A program made the translations under genes and the position numbers. Under the pieces are notes generated by a model that did not search any database, had not been told where the DNA came from, and saw only the letters and a list, made by a program, of their open reading frames with translations. Of a stretch of DNA of 64,000 bases, positions 20,541-31,330 are shown in pieces; the first letter of the stretch is position 1, and each line of letters begins with the position of its first letter. The stretch comes from an uncultured Planctomycetota bacterium (GTDB taxonomy: Bacteria; Planctomycetota; Planctomycetia; Isosphaerales; Isosphaeraceae): positions 194,902 through 258,901 of the forward strand of contig CAVUNQ010000028.1 in the NCBI GenBank assembly GCA_963742885.1, in the 5' to 3' direction.

Positions 20541-22630
20541 ATGGGTCAGGGCAATCCGGCGCGAGGAAAGGCGCCGATGGGGTGGGCGCTCCGGCTGGGG
20601 ATCCTGGGCGCACTGACAGCGGCCGTCGGGTGCGATTCCGGGACGTCGTCGTCCGGTGGGGCGCCCCGCCAGGGAAGGCTCCCCTACTCGGCCGACCGGC
20701 GGGAATCGCTCGCCTGCGGGCGACGGCGGCCAGACCGGCAAGCAGGCCGCGACCGAGATCGAGGGCGACCGGATGACGAAGTTCGCCCCGGTGGTGATGA
20801 GCAAGCAGACCGAGTCGAGCCCGTTCCGCTTCGCCGAGATCGCCAAGGAGGCCGGGATCGATTTCATGCACTTCTCGGGCATGACCGAGGTGAAGCACTT
20901 CCCGACCGCCAACGGCTCGGGGGTCGCCGTGTTCGACTACGACAACGACGGCCTGCTCGACATCTATTTCGCCAGCGCCACGCTCCTGCCGCTGGGCACC
21001 GCCGAGAATGGCCCCAACCGACTGTACAAGAACCTGGGGAACAACCGGTTCCGGGACGAGACCGAGAAGTCGGGCCTCGGCCATCGCGGCTTCTGCCACG
21101 GGATCATCGCCGGCGACATCGACAATGACGGCGATGTCAACGTCTTCCTGTGCAACTACGGCCCCAACGTTTTGTACCTCAACAACGGGGACGGGACCTT
21201 CAAGGACATCAGCAAATCGGCCGGGATCGACGCCCCAACTGGTCCAGCGGCGGCGCCATGCTCGACTACGACAACGACGGGTATCTGGACATCTACGTCG
21301 CCAACTACGGCATCTGGAAATATCCCGAAGACCACCATCTCGTGGGCGACTCGGCCAAGAAGGTCTGGCTCTACTCCTCGCCGCGCACAATCAAGACGAC
21401 CCGGCACCTGTTCTACCACAACAACCGCAATGGGACGTTCACGGACGTCCTCGACAAGGTGATCACCGCCGAGAAGGACGCGAGGGATCCCAAGACCGGC
21501 GAGCTGGTGAAGGACCCCAAGACCGGGGCCGTTGCCAAGGTCCGCGTGCCCGGTCCCCGGGACGACGGCCACGGCTTCGGCGTCGTGGCCGCCGACGTCA
21601 ACGACGACGGGCTGATCGACCTCTACGTCGCCAACGACATGAATCCGAACTTCCTGTTCCTCAACCGCGGCGACGGGACCTTCGATGACGCCACCGACCT
21701 CTCGGGGGCGGCCTTCGACATCAACGGCCAGGCGCAGTCGGGGATGGGGGTGGATGCCGAGGATGTCAACGGCGACGGCCTGCCCGAGCTGTTCGTCACC
21801 AACTTCGCCAACGAGTACAACACGCTCTACATGAACTACGGCAAGGGGAGCTTCTTCGATCACACGGCGTTCTACGGCCTGGCGTCGGACACGATGCCGT
21901 GGGTCGGCTGGGGATGCGCCCTGCCGGACCTCGACAACGACGGCTGGCCCGATTGCTTCACGGCCAACGGGCACGTCAACAACAACCGCAAGCAACTCGG
22001 CCAGCCGGTGGAGTACGAGGAGATCCCCCTCCTGTTCCATAACGTCGAGTGGAAAGACAGCAAGGGGAACAAGGGGAGACGGTTCCGCCTGGCCACCCGC
22101 GATGCCGGGCCGTACTTCGACTCCAAGCACGTCGCGCACGGCGCGTCGTTCGGCGACATCGACAACGATGGCGACATCGACATCGTCGTCAACCACAAGG
22201 ACGGCCCGGGGGCCCTGCTCCGCAACGACACCAAGTCGAAGAACCACTGGATCCGGCTGGTCCTCCAGGGGACCCGGAGCAACCGCGACGCCATCGGCGC
22301 CCAGGTCGAGGTCACCATCGACGATCAACTGGAGAGCCCCCCCGCGAACGGACGATCTACCGGCAGCGCAAGGGGGGCTACAGCCTCCAGGGCACGAACG
22401 ACCCGCGCGTGCTGGTGGGCGTCGGCCCGGTGGGCCGGGTCAAGAAGGTCGTGATCCGGTGGCCGTCGGGGATCGTCAGCACGCTCGAGAACCTCGAGGT
22501 CGACCGCGACCACAAGGTCGTCGAGCCGAAGGACGGCAAGCCCGTGCCGCACGTGCCTCGGCCCGATAAGAATGCGGTCGAGTCGAAGAGCGAGTCCAAC
22601 TCCGCCCCGTCGGCGGCCCGGCCGCAGTGA
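20541..22630 (+). CDS. ASPIC/UnbV (CRTAC1-like) FG-GAP repeat lipoprotein, about 3 frame shifts
   Basis: Lipobox LGALTAAVGC is at the N-terminus. Multiple FG-GAP/Ca-binding repeats follow (DYDNDGLLDIY, DIDNDGDVNVF, DYDNDGYLDIY, DVNDDGLIDLY, DVNGDGLPELF, DLDNDGWPDCF, DIDNDGDIDIV). The C-terminal UnbV_ASPIC block is RTIYRQRKGGYSLQGTNDPRVLVGVGPVGRVKKVVIRWPSG. Frame breaks fall near positions 20680, 21240 and 22330. Confidence 0.7.
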
Positions 22631-22706
22631 GGCCGTCGCCTCGTCGAGTCCCCCGCGAGAAGCACGGAGGTGGATCGTGAGATCGAGATGGGCCTGGCTG
22701 ACGGGC

Positions 22707-23330
22707 ATGGTGCTGGGGATCGCGATCGGGCGGTGCATCGGGGGCGGGGTGGATGGGGCGGCGGCCGCACGCCCCTCCGATCCCGAGGCAGCCGCCCCGC
22801 GCGACCTCGACGAGCTGGCCCGGATCTTCGAGGAGGATCAGGGCGACCGGATGCCAGTCGGCGGCAAGCCGATCGACTGGAGGGTCGTCGGCCCGCGTGA
22901 CCGAAAACGCGAGGCCCGCGTCAAGGAGTTGTACGAGGCCGGGTCGCTCCGCACCGGCAAGGATTTCTATCGCGCCGCCATGGTACTCCAGCACGCGTCG
23001 CGGCCCGAGGATTACCTGCTGGCGCACGAGTTCTGCCTGGCCGCGCTGGCGAAAGGGGACAAGGACGCCCGCTGGCTGGCCGCCGCCACCGAGGACCGCT
23101 ATCTGATGAACGTCGGCCGGCCCCAGCGGTTCGGCACCCAGTACCGCTCCGACGGGCCGGACCAGGCGGTTCGGCTCTACGAGATCGGCCCGGGCGTGAG
23201 CGACGCCCTCCGCCGCGAGCTGGGCGTCCCCTCGCTCGCCGAGGCCCGCAAACAGGAAGCCATGATGGAGGCGATGGTCAAGGGCCGGAAACCGGCGGTC
23301 GGAGCGAAGGCGGAAAAGGCCGGGAAATGA
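22707..23330 (+). CDS. Hypothetical membrane-anchored protein
   Basis: N-terminal hydrophobic MVLGIAIGRCIGGGV (GTG alternative start at 22677). Natural composition throughout, e.g. DFYRAAMVLQHASRPEDYLLAHEFCLAALAKGDKDARW. No family recognised. Confidence 0.45.
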   Translation: MVLGIAIGRCIGGGVDGAAAARPSDPEAAAPRDLDELARIFEEDQGDRMPVGGKPIDWRVVGPRDRKREARVKELYEAGSLRTGKDFYRAAMVLQHASRPEDYLLAHEFCLAALAKGDKDARWLAAATEDRYLMNVGRPQRFGTQYRSDGPDQAVRLYEIGPGVSDALRRELGVPSLAEARKQEAMMEAMVKGRKPAVGAKAEKAGK

Positions 23331-23861
23331 CCTGCCTGATCGGCGCCGACCCTGAGCGATTGGCGCCCTTCCGGTGTATCAGGTGACGTGCAATCGCTTC
23401 GATTATCCCCCAAAAACATGCGATTTCCTGCCAAAACGACGCGATTTTCGACGGGAATTCGAGCCCCCAGATCGCCCAGGGCACTCCAGGCACCCACCGG
23501 CCACACCCGATCGGCGCGATTTTGAAATTCCGAGGGAAATTTTAAGTCCTTGTCCACCAGGCACCTAGGCCGACAAGTTGCCCGTTTTCCCGCATAGGTG
23601 CATTTCAAAAACGCAAAACCCGGTACATCCTGTAAATAGAAGAAGTGTGCGAAAAAAGGGGTATAGGGGGTCGAACAAGACGAGTTGCATGCACGCAAGC
23701 TTAGCCAGAACCGATGACCTTGTGGCCCGGAGAGATCGGATCGGTCTGGCGGGGTCGGATCGCCGTGATTATGAAATCTGTCTCGTCTCGTCCTCCCGCG
23801 TCCTCCGGCTCGGATGGAGGACCGACTCTGTGCCCGCCACCGGTCCCTGTCGAAATCGTCG

Positions 23862-25121
23862 ATGACTGCCAAGCTCCACCCGCCTGATCCCATCGAAGAT
23901 TCGTCCTCGTTGCTGTCTCGCCGGCCCTATGCGCTGTTCCTGGCCGGGCGCTTCCTGGGCACGCTGGCCACCGGTTCCCAGGCGGTCGCGATCGCCTGGG
24001 AGGTGTATGAACTCGCCCGACGGAGCATGTCCCTCGAGGAGGCCGCGTTCGCCGTCGGGATGATCGGGCTGGCGCAGTTCCTCCCGCTCGTCGCCCTCAC
24101 GCTCGTCGCCGGCGAGACCATCGACCGACACGACCGCCGTCGAATCCTCGTGCTCTGCTACCTGGCCCAGTTCGTGATCTCGGCAGGGCTGGCCACGCGG
24201 TCGGTGATCGGGGGCGGCCTGTGGTCGATCTTCGCCATGGCCGGGCTGTTCGGCTGCGCCCGGGCGTTCTTCCAGCCGACGGCCAGCGCCCTGGGCCCCA
24301 TGCTGGTGCCGCTCTGGTTGCTCCCGCGGGCGATCGCGACCAACTCGCTGGCGGCCCAACTGGCCAGCATCCTCGGCCCGGCCCTCGGCGGCGTGCTCTG
24401 CATGGCGTCGCCGGCCCTTGGATACGCGGTCAGCGCCGGGCTTTACGCCGCGGCCGCGTCCTGCGCCCTGCTGATCCGTGCCGCCACGCGGCCGCCAATC
24501 GTGGCGCACCGGTCGCGCATCGCCCAGATCCGGGAGGGGCTCGCGTACCTGTGGGGAAACAAGCTGGTGCTCGGGGCGATCTCCCTGGACCTGTTCGCCG
24601 TGCTGCTGGGCGGCGCGACCGGCCTGCTCCCGGTGTTCGCCCGGGACGTTCTCGAGGTCGGCTCCTGGGGGTTCGGCGTCTTGCGCGCGTCCCCGGCGGT
24701 CGGGGCCCTCCTGGTGGCCGGGTATCTGTCCCGCCGGCCGATCCGCACCCGCGCGGGCGTGAAGATGCTCCTGGCCGTCGGGCTGTTCGGGCTGATGACC
24801 GTCGTGTTCGCCTACTCCCGATGGCTTCCCCTGTCGGTGTTCGCCCTGGCGGTGCTCGGCGGGGCGGACATGGTCTCGGTGTTCACCCGGCAGAGCCTGG
24901 TGCAGATCGCCACCCCCGACCGGATGCGCGGGCGTGTCTCGGCGGTGGCGACGCTGTTCATCGGCGCATCCAACGAGCTGGGGGAGTTCGAGAGCGGGGT
25001 CGTGGCCCGGTTCCTCGGGCCCGTCGGGTCGGTGGCGTTGGGCGGGTTCGGGGCGATGGCGGTGACCGCGGCCTGGGCCCGGCTATTCCCGCGGTTGCGG
25101 GAGGCGGATCGGCTGGTCTAG
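23862..25121 (+). CDS. MFS transporter (EntS/MFS_3-like efflux)
   Basis: Intact ORF of about 420 aa with about 12 predicted TM helices and MFS loop motifs (GRFLGTLATG, DRHDRRRIL). It is preceded by a 530-nt AT-enriched intergenic region. Confidence 0.8.
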   Translation: MTAKLHPPDPIEDSSSLLSRRPYALFLAGRFLGTLATGSQAVAIAWEVYELARRSMSLEEAAFAVGMIGLAQFLPLVALTLVAGETIDRHDRRRILVLCYLAQFVISAGLATRSVIGGGLWSIFAMAGLFGCARAFFQPTASALGPMLVPLWLLPRAIATNSLAAQLASILGPALGGVLCMASPALGYAVSAGLYAAAASCALLIRAATRPPIVAHRSRIAQIREGLAYLWGNKLVLGAISLDLFAVLLGGATGLLPVFARDVLEVGSWGFGVLRASPAVGALLVAGYLSRRPIRTRAGVKMLLAVGLFGLMTVVFAYSRWLPLSVFALAVLGGADMVSVFTRQSLVQIATPDRMRGRVSAVATLFIGASNELGEFESGVVARFLGPVGSVALGGFGAMAVTAAWARLFPRLREADRLV

Positions 25122-25366
25122 GCGCATGCCCGGCCGCTCGGGGTCTTGGGGGGATCGCGTTCGCGAACCGATGGCGACAAATGTTTAAATGAGAACAAAG
25201 TGCGGCAGCATTGAATCTGACCTGGACACCTTGAGGCCAGAGGCAAGCCCTGAAAATGCGTCGGTGTCGTCGGACCGAAGCAGGTAACGCAAAGCGGGCT
25301 ACCCGTCCATCCGAATATCACCCCGAGCCGATTGACACTGAAGCGTAACCCTCTCTTGGGCAGGGC

Positions 25367-26329
25367 CTACTCCCGCCCTCGGGGTGACCGGCAAGCCCGG
25401 GCGGCGAGCAGCGACAGGGCACCGAGAACCGCGAGCGTCATCGTCCCAGGCTCGGGCACCGACTGCACCGCCACGAAGCCGTGCGCGACGGCATTTGAGT
25501 CGTCGAAGAAGCCGACTACCGTCCCGGAGCCGTTGATCCCGGCCGCCCGCGTGCCGAGCGCGCCGGGGGCGTCGAGCGTCGTGAACTGGCCGCCCATGTC
25601 CACAAAGCCGTGCTGGCCGGCCGAGTCGCTGAAGTACCCCACGAGCGTTCCGGAATCGTTGATCCCCGCGCCGAAGGTCGTCGTCGAACCCGGCACCGTG
25701 AACTTCGTTAAGCTGGTCCCGTTGTAGGTGAACCCAATGTTCCCTGCGGTTCCGCCCACGACGCCCCCGACGATCCGGTCGGAGTCGTTGATACCCTGCG
25801 CGAACGTCCCTGCGTTGGGGCCGGTGCCCGCCCCGGCGTAGTCAATGGTTGAGAATGTCCCATTGATCAGCGAGAAGCCATGGGCGGTAAGGGCGGCGTC
25901 GAAGTAGAAGCCGGCGACGTCGCCCTTGCTGTTGATCCCGGTGACCTCCGTCCCATGGACGGCGTTGGGGTCGTCGATCGTGGTCAGTGTACCGCCGGAT
26001 GTCAGCGTGAAGCCGTGGATGCCCGCGGAGTCGGAATAGAACCCTGCGACCGTGTCGGCGTTGTTGATCGAGGTCAAGGTGGCGGGCCCACCGTTGACCT
26101 GAACCGTCGTGAATTGCCCGTTCTGGTACAGGAACCCTTGGTTGGCGAAACCCACGACGTAGTGTCCGACCACCAGGCCAGCGTCGTTGATCCCCGACGC
26201 GAAGGTGCCGTTGGTAGCATTGGGGTCGTTGAGCGTGGTGAATACGTAACCGCCCGCGTGGGCTGAGCCGCCTTGGATAATGGCCGCCAACACCGTGACG
26301 GCCGCGAATAGCCGCGATGTCGTCGTCAT
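25367..26329 (-). CDS. PEP-CTERM sorting-domain protein with HAF-like extracellular repeats
   Basis: Signal peptide MTTTSRLFAAVTVLAAIIQGGSAHA. About 7 repeats of roughly 40 aa of the form GIND-G-VVG-Y...HGF...G-FTT. The C-terminus is VPEPGTMTLAVLGALSLLAARACRSPRGRE, i.e. PEP motif + TM + Arg-rich tail. GC is lower than the neighbours. Confidence 0.7.
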   Translation of the reverse strand: MTTTSRLFAAVTVLAAIIQGGSAHAGGYVFTTLNDPNATNGTFASGINDAGLVVGHYVVGFANQGFLYQNGQFTTVQVNGGPATLTSINNADTVAGFYSDSAGIHGFTLTSGGTLTTIDDPNAVHGTEVTGINSKGDVAGFYFDAALTAHGFSLINGTFSTIDYAGAGTGPNAGTFAQGINDSDRIVGGVVGGTAGNIGFTYNGTSLTKFTVPGSTTTFGAGINDSGTLVGYFSDSAGQHGFVDMGGQFTTLDAPGALGTRAAGINGSGTVVGFFDDSNAVAHGFVAVQSVPEPGTMTLAVLGALSLLAARACRSPRGRE

Positions 26330-26926
26330 ACGTTCGCTCCCTTGCACGATGGCCCACAGCGGCGCGCAGTAAGAGTAACCGTCCGCGGGCGGCGATCAGA
26401 ACGGAATTGTAAAGAAACATTAAGACGTGAGCTTACGCGGTCGTCCGGCAGAAAGGAAGGTGCAATGCCCCTGAAACTTCATTTACGGCGCGCAACGGCG
26501 GTCACCAACCGCGACGACCTGATCTCTCGCACCCGGCGCCAGCGCCTGCCAGTGATCAACTGGCTCCCGTGGTGCCTCGTCCTCCAGACACATTTCTGGC
26601 CAATCACCAGCTTCCACGTGGTGAACACGCTCGGCGCGAATCGTTACGGAAGAACCGCCGCGGGTGGAATTCCCGCCGCTCGCTCGGTCCTGATTCCGGC
26701 CCGGTTTCGGCGACCCGCATTCGGCCCCGCTCCATCGGCGGGCGGGCGAACGCAGATGACTCCGTTGAATCTCGGGTAGTGCGCGTCGGTCGGATCGACC
26801 GACGCACCATGCGTCACGTGCGGTGCCGCGACACCTGCGCCTTCTTCCCTTTCTCGCGACGTCCCGGCGGACGGCGCGGCACCGGGACCGGCGCCGCTCG
26901 TTCACAGACCCATGGCGCCTTCGAGC

Positions 26927-28353
26927 TCACCGGCGATGCGCGCGAAGACCTCGTCCCAGTCGCCCCATCGCTGCTGGCGGAACAGCCGCATCGTAGGATA
27001 CCAGGGGCTGTCGTCGCGGCCCGACATCCATCGCCAGTCGGCGGCGAACGGCAGCGCTACCCAGACCGGCACGCCCAGCGCCGGCCAGGTGCGCCAGCGA
27101 GGTGTCGGAGATGATGACCAGGTCGAGGGCCGTCATGAGCGCCGCGGCGTCCATCAGGTCGTCCAGCTCGCCGCCCATGTCCACGATCGGGAAGCGGCCG
27201 GCCAGGCCGGCGATCTGCTCGCGACCGTGGCCCTTCTGCAGGCTCAGGAGCATCACGTCGGGCTGGCGCGCGACCGGCTCGAACTGCTCGAGTCGGATCG
27301 AGCGCAGGTGGTCCCGGCTGTAGGCCGGGTTCCCCTGCCAGGCGATGCCGATGCAGAACTCGTCGGACGCGGGGAGCTGCTCGACCCGGGCCCGGACGAG
27401 CTCCGGGTCGGCGGAGAGGTAGGGGACGTCGGCCGGGATGCTCGTCGCATCCGTGCCGAAGATCCCCGGCAGGCTCATCATCGGGGCATAGACGTCGAAC
27501 TCCGGCAAGGGTGCCCCCGCGACGACCACGAGGTCGACGCCCGCGCAGGTCGCCAGGATCCGGGCGAGCGGCGCGGCGCAGGCGACGATCACCCGGCCGC
27601 ACCGTTCGCGGACCATCGGCGACATACCGGATGAACTGGATCGCATCCCCCAGCCCGGCGTCGGAGTGGAGCAGGATCGTCCGGCCGTCGAGCGGGCTCC
27701 CGTCCCAGATCGGCTGGGTGTATCGCGAGAGCGCGAACTGCGAGCATTTCAGCCGCCACTCGTACTCGGGCCATCCCCGCCGGTAATCCTCCATCTCGAG
27801 CAGTGCCATGGACCGGCTCAGGTGGACGATGGCGCGGTCGGGTGTCAGCTCCACGGCGCGGTCGTAGCTCGCGATCGCCTCGGCCATGCGCCGCGCGGAA
27901 CGCAGGGCATTGCCGAGGTTGTGGTGGGCCTCCGCATAGCCGGGATTGAGGCCGATCGCCCGTCGATACGAGGCCGCGGCCTCGTCGAGCTCGCCGCGCT
28001 CGTGCAGCGCGTTGCCCAGGTTGTTGTGGGCCTCCGCATAATCCGGCCGGAGCGCCAGGGCCCGGCGGAGCACGTCGATCGCCTCCTCGCCCCGCCGCAG
28101 CGCGTGGAGCGCCACGCCGAGGTTGTTGCAAGCCTCGGGGAAATCGGGCGACAGCCGCAGGGCTTCCCGGTAGCATCGCCACGGATTCCTCGATCCGCCC
28201 CCGGACCTGGCCGATCGCGCCCAGCATGTACCAGGCGTGGGCGGCCGTCGGATCCTGATTCAGGACCTGCCGGTACGCTTGCTCGGCACGATCCAGGTCG
28301 CCCGCCTGGAACGCCTTCCATGCCGCCGTCATCATCTCGTCGTTCGTGGCCAT
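26927..28353 (-). CDS. TPR-repeat protein fused to a glycosyltransferase family 9 (heptosyltransferase-like) domain, about 3 frame shifts
   Basis: N-terminal TPRs (AWKAFQAGDLDRAEQAYRQVLNQDPTAAHAWYMLG; RALALRPDYAEAHNNLGNAL; AIGLNPGYAEAHHNLGNAL) precede GT9 motifs (LLHSDAGLGDAIQFIRYV; ISDTSLAHLAGALG). The segments lie in ORFs 27589..28386, 27057..28115 and 26927..27646 in three frames. Confidence 0.6.
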
Positions 28354-28862
28354 CTGCCCGATGATCCTGATTGTCCGGCGATCCACCCACCCATGGCGCG
28401 GTCATCTCATTCGCTGAATTCCCGAATTCCCAGAGAATTACCGGTTTTCTTACCCGGCGGCTACGCAAGTTGGTAGAATTGTCGGCGACGGGCATCTCGA
28501 TGCCGGCGGCCATACCGTGGCCCGTCGGGACATCCTGCGGGGCATGAAGGAGGCCTTCGCACATGCTGAGTCATGGGTCGAGCCGCCGGAGGGATCGACG
28601 GAAGGTCCCTCGGATGGGTCGGAGGGGCGGCAAGGACGGAAAGCCGGACGGTCGGACCTGAATCGGCACACACCTTGCTGTTTATATTCCACTCCGATTC
28701 CGGGACCGTCCTCGAGGCGGGCGGCTCCCGAGCAGATCATCCGTCGTCGTCTCCGGCAGCATGCGAGGCCGCCGGCCCGAGGGCGATGGCACGAACACCG
28801 TGGCTTCCGGGGCGCCCCGATGACGCTCCGATGGCCCACGGACCACGGAAGAGACCCGCAAC

Positions 28863-30076
28863 ATGTCCGAGCCCCGATTCCGCGGCAACCCCCGGCCCAC
28901 GCTGGGCGTGGAGGTTGAGCTCCAACTGGTGGATTCCCGGTCGATGGCCCTCAGGAGCGCCATCGCGGAGATCCTCGCCGATCTCCCGGAGGGATTGCAG
29001 GATTCGGTCAAGCCCGAATTCATGCAATGTTATGTCGAGATCAATACCGATGTCTGCCGGACGGTGGACGAGGTGGAGGCCGACCTGTGCCGAAGATCCG
29101 GGCGGTCGAGCGGGTCGCCGACCGGCACGGCGTCCGATTATTCTGGGCGGCGACGCATCCGTTCTCGAGGTGGCGGGACCAGCGGATCACCCCCGACGAG
29201 CGGTATTACAAGCTGGCCGCGCTCCTGCAGGAGACGGTCGTGCGCCCGGTGACCTTCGGGCTGCACGTGCATGTCGGGGTCGAGTCGGGGGACAAGGCGA
29301 TCCTGGTCGCCCACCGGATCCAACGCTTCCTGCCGATCCTGCTGGCGATGTCGGCCAACAGCCCGTTCTGGCACGGCCGCGCGACCGGCCACCATGCCCA
29401 CCGGATCGAGGTGCTGGAGGGCTTCCCGACCGGAGGTATGATGCCGTCCCTGGGGTCGTGGGCCGAATTCCAGGACCTGCTGGATCAGATGAAGGCGGCG
29501 GGCTTCGTCGAGTCGCACAGGGAGTTGTGGTGGGACGTGCGGCCCTGCGCGGAGAACGGGACCATCGAGATCCGCATCTGCGACATGCCGGCCGACCTGC
29601 CCGACCTGCTGGGCCTGACCGCGATGATCCAGTGCCTGGTGCAGTCGCTGTCCGAGGAGGTCGATCGCGGGGCGATGGGGCCGGATCCGCACCCGCTCTT
29701 GATCCGCCAGAATCGGTGGCGGGCCTGTCGCTATGGCCTTGACGCGGAGCTGGTGGATCCGGCCACGATGCAGGCCGAGTCGGCCCGCGACGCCGCCGGG
29801 TCGATGAACCGGCGGTTCGAGTCGCTGGCGGATCGCCTGGGATGCCGCCGTCAGCTCGGGCACGCGCTGGCGATGACCGAAGGGTCGACGGGGTCGGAGA
29901 GGCAGCTCCTCCTCTACCGCGAGGTCGGCGACCTGGCCGAAGTCGTGCGCCGGATGGCCGGACGGAGTCGACTCTCCGCCGAGCCCGCCGACCGGTCGGG
30001 TTTCAGCGGCGGCCCGGCCGGCTGGACCGCTAATCGAATCCGGCCGCCGGTGCCTCCCGGGATCGCCGTGACCTGA
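28863..30076 (+). CDS. ybdK: Carboxylate-amine ligase YbdK (glutamate-cysteine ligase family 2), 1 frameshift
   Basis: PTLGVEVELQLVD...FMQCYVEINT in ORF 28863, then VTFGLHVHVGVESGDKAILVAHRIQRFLPILLAMSANSPFWHGRATGHHAHRIEV...WWDVRP in ORF 29027. The frame break is near 29090. Confidence 0.75.
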
Positions 30077-30313
30077 TCATCGCGGTGGGCGGCGAATCCG
30101 CCGGCGCGCCCCGATGATATCGGATCGATTCCGGATTGTCGGACCCGGTTCGCGATCGTCGGACCGGCCTCGATGCGCCGGCGTATCCGAATGTTGGCCG
30201 TCCCGCGTAGGATGGTTACATCGTCAGGCCATCTATCGGAGGGACTTTCGCCTCCGTGTCGGGCCGACAATCGGTTGAGGCCGTTGCCTCGGCATCCTGG
30301 CGGAGTCATCGAT

Positions 30314-31036
30314 ATGAGCTGGAGCCTCGCCGCGGCGACGGACCGTGATCCCGAGAAGGTGACCTGGTTCTCCGGCTTCTCGAACGAGTTGCTCGAGGAA
30401 GATGGGTGCTTACGGGCTTTCATCACCGAGCAAGACGTCGGACGGCTGGGCATGGACAGGCTCGATTCTCCAGAAACGTGGGTTGACCGGGACGCGGATG
30501 CAATCCTCGAGATACTGGAGCGCGTCCTCCTCCGACTCCGGGCGGAGAACGAGCGTCTTCCCATGCACCACTACCTCTGGTTTGTCGATGAGAACGGCAA
30601 GCAATGGGGCGGGGGGACGCGGATCACGGTCCCCTTCGCCGGCATCGAGTTGACGTATCCTCACGACCCCATCATCAAACTTGATGGCTTTCATGGAGAG
30701 ATCGATCACCGGCACGAGTTGCGGAGATACCGAGTTCGGGTCGATCCAGTGAAGCTCGAGGACTTCATGGCGCGGATCCTTACTCGTGCGGAGGAATCGG
30801 GACTCGAAGGCGAAGTGACCCTTGAAGGTCCGCTGTTCGGTTTCGGCGATGATCCCCTGGTGGAAGAGCCGGATGGTTGGGTGCCGGTCGAGCCGGTGCT
30901 GACCATCCTGGGTCAACGACTCGAGGTGATGTCCATGGATGCTCTCGCCCTCTATGAGCCCCACCTGGTCGCGGCGATCAATTATTGCATGCAAGCAAAG
31001 AGTGAAGGGCTTCCCCTCTACTGGCTCAAGGGATGA
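30314..31036 (+). CDS. Hypothetical protein (lower-GC orphan)
   Basis: Intact ORF of about 240 aa (MSWSLAAATDRDPEKVTWFSGF...LPLYWLKG) with natural composition. GC is about 58-60% by eye against about 70% background. No motif recognised. Confidence 0.45.
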   Translation: MSWSLAAATDRDPEKVTWFSGFSNELLEEDGCLRAFITEQDVGRLGMDRLDSPETWVDRDADAILEILERVLLRLRAENERLPMHHYLWFVDENGKQWGGGTRITVPFAGIELTYPHDPIIKLDGFHGEIDHRHELRRYRVRVDPVKLEDFMARILTRAEESGLEGEVTLEGPLFGFGDDPLVEEPDGWVPVEPVLTILGQRLEVMSMDALALYEPHLVAAINYCMQAKSEGLPLYWLKG

Positions 31037-31330
31037 TCCCCGGGGATTCCGACTGGGTGCGAGGAATCGCCGGAAATCGGCGCGTCATCAGGACGATTTT
31101 GCGGAAGAAGCCATCAGGGGGTGCGAATACACCCTGGCGGTCGAGGACCGGCCCCGAGACCGTCCGGCGATCGAGCCGGGCGGCGAGATCGGGTGACCGT
31201 GGGTCGGCCGCGAAGGCCCCGCGAGCCGCGTGTGCTCGGAGCACCGACACGGCGCGAGAGCGAGACCACCGTCGCGAGACGGCCGAGTTCCCCGCTGCGC
31301 GGGCGATAGATCGAAAGTTGGGATGAGTCC

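Noticed and set aside
26342-26779. 145-aa plus-strand ORF in the PEP-CTERM gene upstream region
   Set aside because: There is no motif and no hydrophobic or domain-like pattern. It overlaps the likely promoter region of two divergent genes. It is treated as non-coding unless homologs exist.
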